In this document: positions 25,614-30,427 of the stretch, one piece after another
How positions within the stretch are numbered: position 1 is the stretch's first letter
Layout: the number at the start of each line of letters is the position of its first letter
Origin: Thiomargarita sp.
GTDB lineage: Bacteria > Pseudomonadota > Gammaproteobacteria > Beggiatoales > Beggiatoaceae
Assembly: GCA_023144675.1 (NCBI GenBank)
Contig: JAGLFE010000124.1
Span: 1 to 30,427, forward strand
DNA length: 30,427 nucleotides
Direction: 5' to 3'
Notes under the pieces: model-generated
Databases searched by the model: none
Seen by the model: only the letters and a program-made list of their open reading frames with translations
What the model was told of the DNA's origin: nothing
Made by a program: the position numbers and the translations under genes

Positions 25614-26384
25614 ATAATTAAAACCTTATTTAAATCAAAATTAAGTTAAAAAAAGAGAAAATAATAAAATTTAAACTACTAAAAAATTTCAAGTTTTTTC
25701 TATTATTTAATATTGCTATTTTAAGCAATTGTATCATAAATATAAAAAAATTATTCTACTACATTTACTTGTAAAACTTTTTGCAAAATTTAATCAATCA
25801 GAAAAAATTTGAAATCTAATAACTAATTATAGTAATAATATATAATTAATCAAGTCATTTTAATAAAAAAAGCTTTATTTTTTAATTAATTAAGAGCTAT
25901 ATTTAATACTAAATATAAAATATTTTTTAAATTATAGCAATTATCAAATTATAATTAATTATAACTTTTTTAAATCATTTTTGTAAATAAATAAAATTTA
26001 ATATTTTTTATATTTTATAATTACTTAACAACTATATAATAATAGACTTGCTTTTTATCGCACTTATAATGTAACAACCTAGGAATTTAGAAAATAATTA
26101 AAAAACCTCATACACAGGCATTATTAAATATTTTCTTGAGCAAATGTATTATGTCAATTCTAAATATGGCATTATTTCTGCTTTAAAACTTCGAGAGGTT
26201 AATTAGATTGTTTTTAGATAACGAACCCATTGGTGAAATTAAAACAATAATTACCTGTTTTTTTAAAGGTCTTTAGTGTAAAATATATAAAGCTAAAATT
26301 TTAAACCCCAAAATTGCAAATTTTTATTAAGTAATTATAAAATTTATAATATTTTTAAATATTAAAAAAGGTAGCTAAATTAAT

Positions 26385-29300
26385 ATGAATAAAATCTTTT
26401 CCATAAAAAGTGGCAAAATTAATCTTAATTTTTTCCATTCGTTGCGATTTAAATTAATTGTTTTATTTTTAATCGTATCTCTTGTACCTTTAATGATAGT
26501 TGGCACGCTTAGTTACATCCAAGCAAAAGAAGCTTTGGAACATGAAACTATTAATAAATTAAGTGCAACTCGTGATATTAAAATTCATCAAATTGAAGCC
26601 TATTTTAAAGAGCGAATAGGTGATCTTGATGTATTTGCTCATAATTTATTTCTAATTAATGCCGTAACTGAATTTGAAGAAGCAATTCATAACGAAATTA
26701 AAATTAATGGCAAAGATAATGAAACCCAAGTTATGGAACAATATCAGCATTTATATGCCAAACAACCTAATCTTAATAGTGCTGGTAATAGTAATTACGA
26801 TAAAGTTCATGAAAAATATCACCCCTATCTTAAACGCTATTTAGATACTTATGGCTACTATGATATATTCCTTGTTGAACCCAATGATGGAACCATTATC
26901 TACTCAGTAATGAAAGAAAAAGATTTTGGAACTTCTTTAAAAACTGGAATTTATGCCAATAGTAATATAGGACATATATTTAAACAAACTATTATCTCTA
27001 ATGACCATGACTTTACCGCTTTAGAAGATTTTGCTTTTTATGAACCTTCTAACAATGCGGCTGCCTTTTTGGCTGCACCAATTTGGAAAAATGACAACGA
27101 TTTAATAGGAGTCCTTATATTCCAAGTATCTACTGCTCAAATTAATAGAATTACTCAAGAAAAATCGGGATTAGGCGAAACTGGTGAAACAATTCTGGTT
27201 GGTTCTGATGATTTTCTTATGCGTTCTAACTCGCCCTTATCTGAAGAACCTACTTTGTTTAAACAAAAAGTAGATAGTAAAGCCACCCGTGCCTCTGCTC
27301 TTGGTCAAACTGGGATCAAGAAAATTATTGATTATCGAAATAAATTAACTTTCATTGCCCATGCGCCTTTAAATATTCCTGGAGTCAACTGGTCATTAAA
27401 TTCCAAAATGGATGTAGAAGAAGCGACTGCGGTAACAGAAAAGATGTTTAAAGAGATGTTAATTATTACCATCATTGGTGCAATAATTGTAGCTATTATC
27501 GCCTTCTTTTTAAGCAGTTCAATTGCCAAACCCATCCAACTTATGACCAAAATTGCTAGTAAATTAGCCGAAGGAGATATTAAACAAAATATTGAATTTA
27601 ACCGTAGTGATGAAATTGGAGTAATGGGTCAAGCTTTTCGGCAAATGATTATTAATTTACGCATTGTAATTGAAGATATTGTTTATGTTTCACAAGGTTT
27701 GGCTAATGGAAAACTAAACGTTACTCCAGAAGCTAGTTATAAAGGTGATTTTATCGAAATCAAAGAATCCTTAGAAATAGCCTTAGCTACTCAACGCAAG
27801 GTGATAGAAGACATCGTTCCAGTTTCACAAGGATTAGCCGCTGGCAACTTAGCGGTGCAACCACAAGCCGAATATCCTGGAGATTTTAATAAAATTAAAG
27901 GTTCTTTAGAAAGGACATTAACTGATTTACGGGCGGTAATTGCGGATATTGTCAATGTTTCTCAAGGATTAGCTGAAGGTAAAGAAGCAGTTAAAACTCA
28001 GACCGAATATCGTGGAGATTTTGCTAAAATAAAAGAAGCCTTAGAATCAGCAGGTATCAAATTAGCCACCACTACCGAATACAACACTACTCAAGATTGG
28101 CTTAAAACTGGACAAAATCAACTCAATGACCAAATGAGTGGCGACCAAAATATCATTGAATTAACGCATAATGTGGTTTCCTTTTTAACTCTTTATTTGC
28201 AAGCTCAAGTCGGTATATGTTACGTTGTCGATGATTCGATTATAACTCAAGAACGTAAATTGAAATTGGTAACCAGTTATGCCCATACTCGGCGTAAAAA
28301 TATCAGTGAAGAATTTGAATTTACTAAGGGCATGGTGGAGCGGTCGGCTAAAGAATTGAAAGTTATTACGATGGAATTAAGTTCTGATTTAGGTGAAGAT
28401 ATTCCACCTTATATTTTAATTACCCCGTTTTTACATGAAAATATATTAAAAGGGGTATTATTAATTGCATCTTTGAATAAAATCACTGAAATTCAGCAAA
28501 AGTTTTTACAACTGATTATGCCCTCTATCGGTGTATCAGTTAATGCGGTTGAAGCTCGTGAAAAAATGCAATTGTTATTAAATCAAACGCAAGAGCAATC
28601 AGAAGAATTAAGAAATCAACAAGAAGAATTAAAACAAAGTAATGAAGAATTGCAAAGTCAGCAAGAGGAATTGCAAAGTCAAACGGAGGAACTGCAAACT
28701 CAAACTGAAGAATTACGCCAAACTAATGAAGAATTAGAAACTCGTACTCAGGATTTAGAAAATCAGCGTAAAGCTATTCGTGATAAAAATACTACTTTGG
28801 AAAAAACCCAAGAAGTTATTGAAGCCAAAGCCCAAGAACTTGAATTAGCCAGTAAATATAAATCAGAATTTTTGGCAAATATGTCGCATGAATTGCGCAC
28901 ACCTCTAAATAGTATGTTGATACTCGCCCAATTATTAACTGAAAATAAGCAGAATAATTTGAGCGATAAACAAGTAGAATATGCTAGAACTATTCACAGT
29001 GCAGGTTCAGACTTGTTAGCTTTGATTAACGAAATTCTTGATTTATCTAAGGTAGAAGCTGGTAAGATTGAAGCCAATATTGAGAAAGTATTTATTGCCG
29101 ATTTAATGGAAACACTTGAACCTAAATTCAGTCATGCCGCTGAAGAAAAAGGTGTTGCTTTTGAAATTAATTTGGCAGAGACTTTACCTGATACTATACG
29201 TACTGATGCTCAAAGGTTGAAGCAAATTATTAACAATTTGTTATCCAATGCCTTTAAATTTACCTCAAAAGGTTCAGTTAAACTAGATATACAACGTCCC

Positions 29301-30427
29301 GATATTGACGTTTCTATGTACAAGTTAGATAACGAAAAAAGCATTCAAATTGCGGTAACTGATAGTGGTATTGGCATTCCCAATGATAAACAAAAGGTTA
29401 TTTTTGAAGCTTTTCAACAGGCAGATGGGACTACAAGTCGCCGTTTTGGTGGTACTGGTTTAGGTTTATCTATTTCGCGCCAATTGGCTCGTTTATTAGG
29501 TGGAGAGCTTAAATTAGTTAGTGAGGAAGGTAAGGGCAGTAAATTTAGTTTATATATTCCTGAATCTTTGGAACCAAAATCTTCGGAATCTATGGAGGTA
29601 AATCATCCAAGTCCATCACCTTCTGCTTCCTTACCAGCTAGTTCTGCTCCAAAAATAGCAATTAATAACAAAGAAAACGAAGAATCTGGATTAGAATTTA
29701 TTTCCGAAACTCCAATAGCAACTATAAATGATGATCGTGATGATATTACTGCTGATAGTAAATCTTTGCTTATTGTGGAAGATGACCGTAATTTTTCTCG
29801 TTTAGTTATGGAATTAGCTCAGGAAAAAGGCTTTAAATGTATTTTAGCTGAAGATGGTAAGATAGGCTTGGAATGTGCTGAATATTACCAACCTAGAGCG
29901 ATTATTTTGGATATGGGATTACCCAAGATAGATGGTTGGACGATGATGGAAATTCTAAAAAATAATCCAGAAACTCGCCATATTCCAGTACATTTTATTT
30001 CTGCTAATGATCAAACCATGGATGCTAGAAAAATGGGAGCTATTGGTTATTTATTGAAACCTGTAAGCATGGAACAATTGGGCGAAGCTTTCCTAAAAAT
30101 AGAGCATTTTATTGCTCAAAAAACCAAAAATTTATTGATTGTAGTAGATAACGAAGAACATCAACAAGCTATTTTAAAAATTGTGGGCAATGATAGTATT
30201 AATATTACAGTTACTGCTACAAAAGATGAAGCCATGTCTAAATTACATATTGAAGATATAGATTGTATTATTTTAGATGTTGATGTTGAAGATAAATCTG
30301 GAATTCGTTTACTGGAAAAACTGAATAATGAAGATAGCATTGCTCAAATACCGATTATTCTTTATAGTGAACGAAGATTGTTAGCTTCTGAAGAAGAAAT
30401 TATTCAAAAGTGTACCAACCACTTAAC
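26385..30427 (+). CDS. Hybrid sensor histidine kinase: TM-dCache-TM-HAMP x4-GAF-coiled coil-HisKA-HATPase-REC-REC; runs off the right edge
   Basis: Hand translation from ATG 26385: YGYYDIFLV (Cache), SDEIG (HAMP), FLANMSHELRTPLN, NLLSNAFKFT, DSGIGI, GGTGLGLSI, LIVEDD...ILDMGLP...LLKP. Not in the ORF track because it is truncated. Confidence 0.93.
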   Translation, partial: MNKIFSIKSGKINLNFFHSLRFKLIVLFLIVSLVPLMIVGTLSYIQAKEALEHETINKLSATRDIKIHQIEAYFKERIGDLDVFAHNLFLINAVTEFEEAIHNEIKINGKDNETQVMEQYQHLYAKQPNLNSAGNSNYDKVHEKYHPYLKRYLDTYGYYDIFLVEPNDGTIIYSVMKEKDFGTSLKTGIYANSNIGHIFKQTIISNDHDFTALEDFAFYEPSNNAAAFLAAPIWKNDNDLIGVLIFQVSTAQINRITQEKSGLGETGETILVGSDDFLMRSNSPLSEEPTLFKQKVDSKATRASALGQTGIKKIIDYRNKLTFIAHAPLNIPGVNWSLNSKMDVEEATAVTEKMFKEMLIITIIGAIIVAIIAFFLSSSIAKPIQLMTKIASKLAEGDIKQNIEFNRSDEIGVMGQAFRQMIINLRIVIEDIVYVSQGLANGKLNVTPEASYKGDFIEIKESLEIALATQRKVIEDIVPVSQGLAAGNLAVQPQAEYPGDFNKIKGSLERTLTDLRAVIADIVNVSQGLAEGKEAVKTQTEYRGDFAKIKEALESAGIKLATTTEYNTTQDWLKTGQNQLNDQMSGDQNIIELTHNVVSFLTLYLQAQVGICYVVDDSIITQERKLKLVTSYAHTRRKNISEEFEFTKGMVERSAKELKVITMELSSDLGEDIPPYILITPFLHENILKGVLLIASLNKITEIQQKFLQLIMPSIGVSVNAVEAREKMQLLLNQTQEQSEELRNQQEELKQSNEELQSQQEELQSQTEELQTQTEELRQTNEELETRTQDLENQRKAIRDKNTTLEKTQEVIEAKAQELELASKYKSEFLANMSHELRTPLNSMLILAQLLTENKQNNLSDKQVEYARTIHSAGSDLLALINEILDLSKVEAGKIEANIEKVFIADLMETLEPKFSHAAEEKGVAFEINLAETLPDTIRTDAQRLKQIINNLLSNAFKFTSKGSVKLDIQRPDIDVSMYKLDNEKSIQIAVTDSGIGIPNDKQKVIFEAFQQADGTTSRRFGGTGLGLSISRQLARLLGGELKLVSEEGKGSKFSLYIPESLEPKSSESMEVNHPSPSPSASLPASSAPKIAINNKENEESGLEFISETPIATINDDRDDITADSKSLLIVEDDRNFSRLVMELAQEKGFKCILAEDGKIGLECAEYYQPRAIILDMGLPKIDGWTMMEILKNNPETRHIPVHFISANDQTMDARKMGAIGYLLKPVSMEQLGEAFLKIEHFIAQKTKNLLIVVDNEEHQQAILKIVGNDSINITVTATKDEAMSKLHIEDIDCIILDVDVEDKSGIRLLEKLNNEDSIAQIPIILYSERRLLASEEEIIQKCTNHL
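27669..28073 (+). repeat. Three intragenic 135-bp (45-aa) HAMP-like tandem repeats
   Basis: I(E/A)DIV.VSQGLA.G......Y.GDF..IK..LE starts at 27669, 27804 and 27939. Confidence 0.85.
28596..28742 (+). repeat. Seven 21-bp heptad repeats (xxEELxx) in the kinase coiled coil
   Basis: QSEELRN QQEELKQ SNEELQS QQEELQS QTEELQT QTEELRQ TNEELET. Confidence 0.8.

Noticed and set aside
7784-25970. Pure A/T palindromes (TATAAATTTATA at 7784, TATAATA-N4-TATTATA at 20020, TTATAATTAATTATAA near 25950)
   Set aside because: Expected by chance in intergenic DNA that is about 90% AT.
26040-26290. Slightly GC-richer block in the long intergenic region as a pseudogene or riboswitch
   Set aside because: All six frames have stops and no recognisable protein; no riboswitch consensus seen.
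1413-27550. Other short ORF-track entries overlapping long genes (e.g. 1413, 2774, 3792, 5112, 7101, 8610, 10830, 11885, 13142, 14422, 15666, 21311, 21824-23803, 27332)
   Set aside because: Each lies antisense or out of frame within a well-supported gene and has no recognisable motif.

Overview
AT-rich window (about 30% GC by eye), most likely from a sulfur-oxidising gammaproteobacterium of the Beggiatoaceae/Thiotrichales type. That placement is inferred from tusA-dsrE2, an Allochromatium-type rhodanese, cysG and a large multi-HAMP hybrid kinase. Housekeeping genes (argH, rfbD, tusA-dsrE2, cysG, yajC-secD-secF, exbD, rhodanese) are interleaved with single defence-like modules. These are a fused REase-methyltransferase cut by the left edge, a toxin-first PIN toxin-antitoxin pair, an ABC-ATPase plus PD-(D/E)XK nuclease pair, and an orphan BREX type III (PglXI-like) methyltransferase. 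The best candidate for an undescribed system is a coupled two-gene module at 2656-4492. It encodes an HsdR_N-like nuclease fused to an intact ParA ATPase, followed by a ParB-like protein that lacks the arginine patch and carries a helix-hairpin-helix. The intergenic DNA holds a 91-bp MITE with an exact 8-bp target duplication, and GTAG-type REP hairpins, one tandem copy of which has lost its hairpin precisely. The two longest edge genes (1-1070 and 26385-30427) are missing from the supplied ORF track and were translated by hand. No rRNA, tRNA or CRISPR array was seen. All family assignments come from motif recognition, not database searches.
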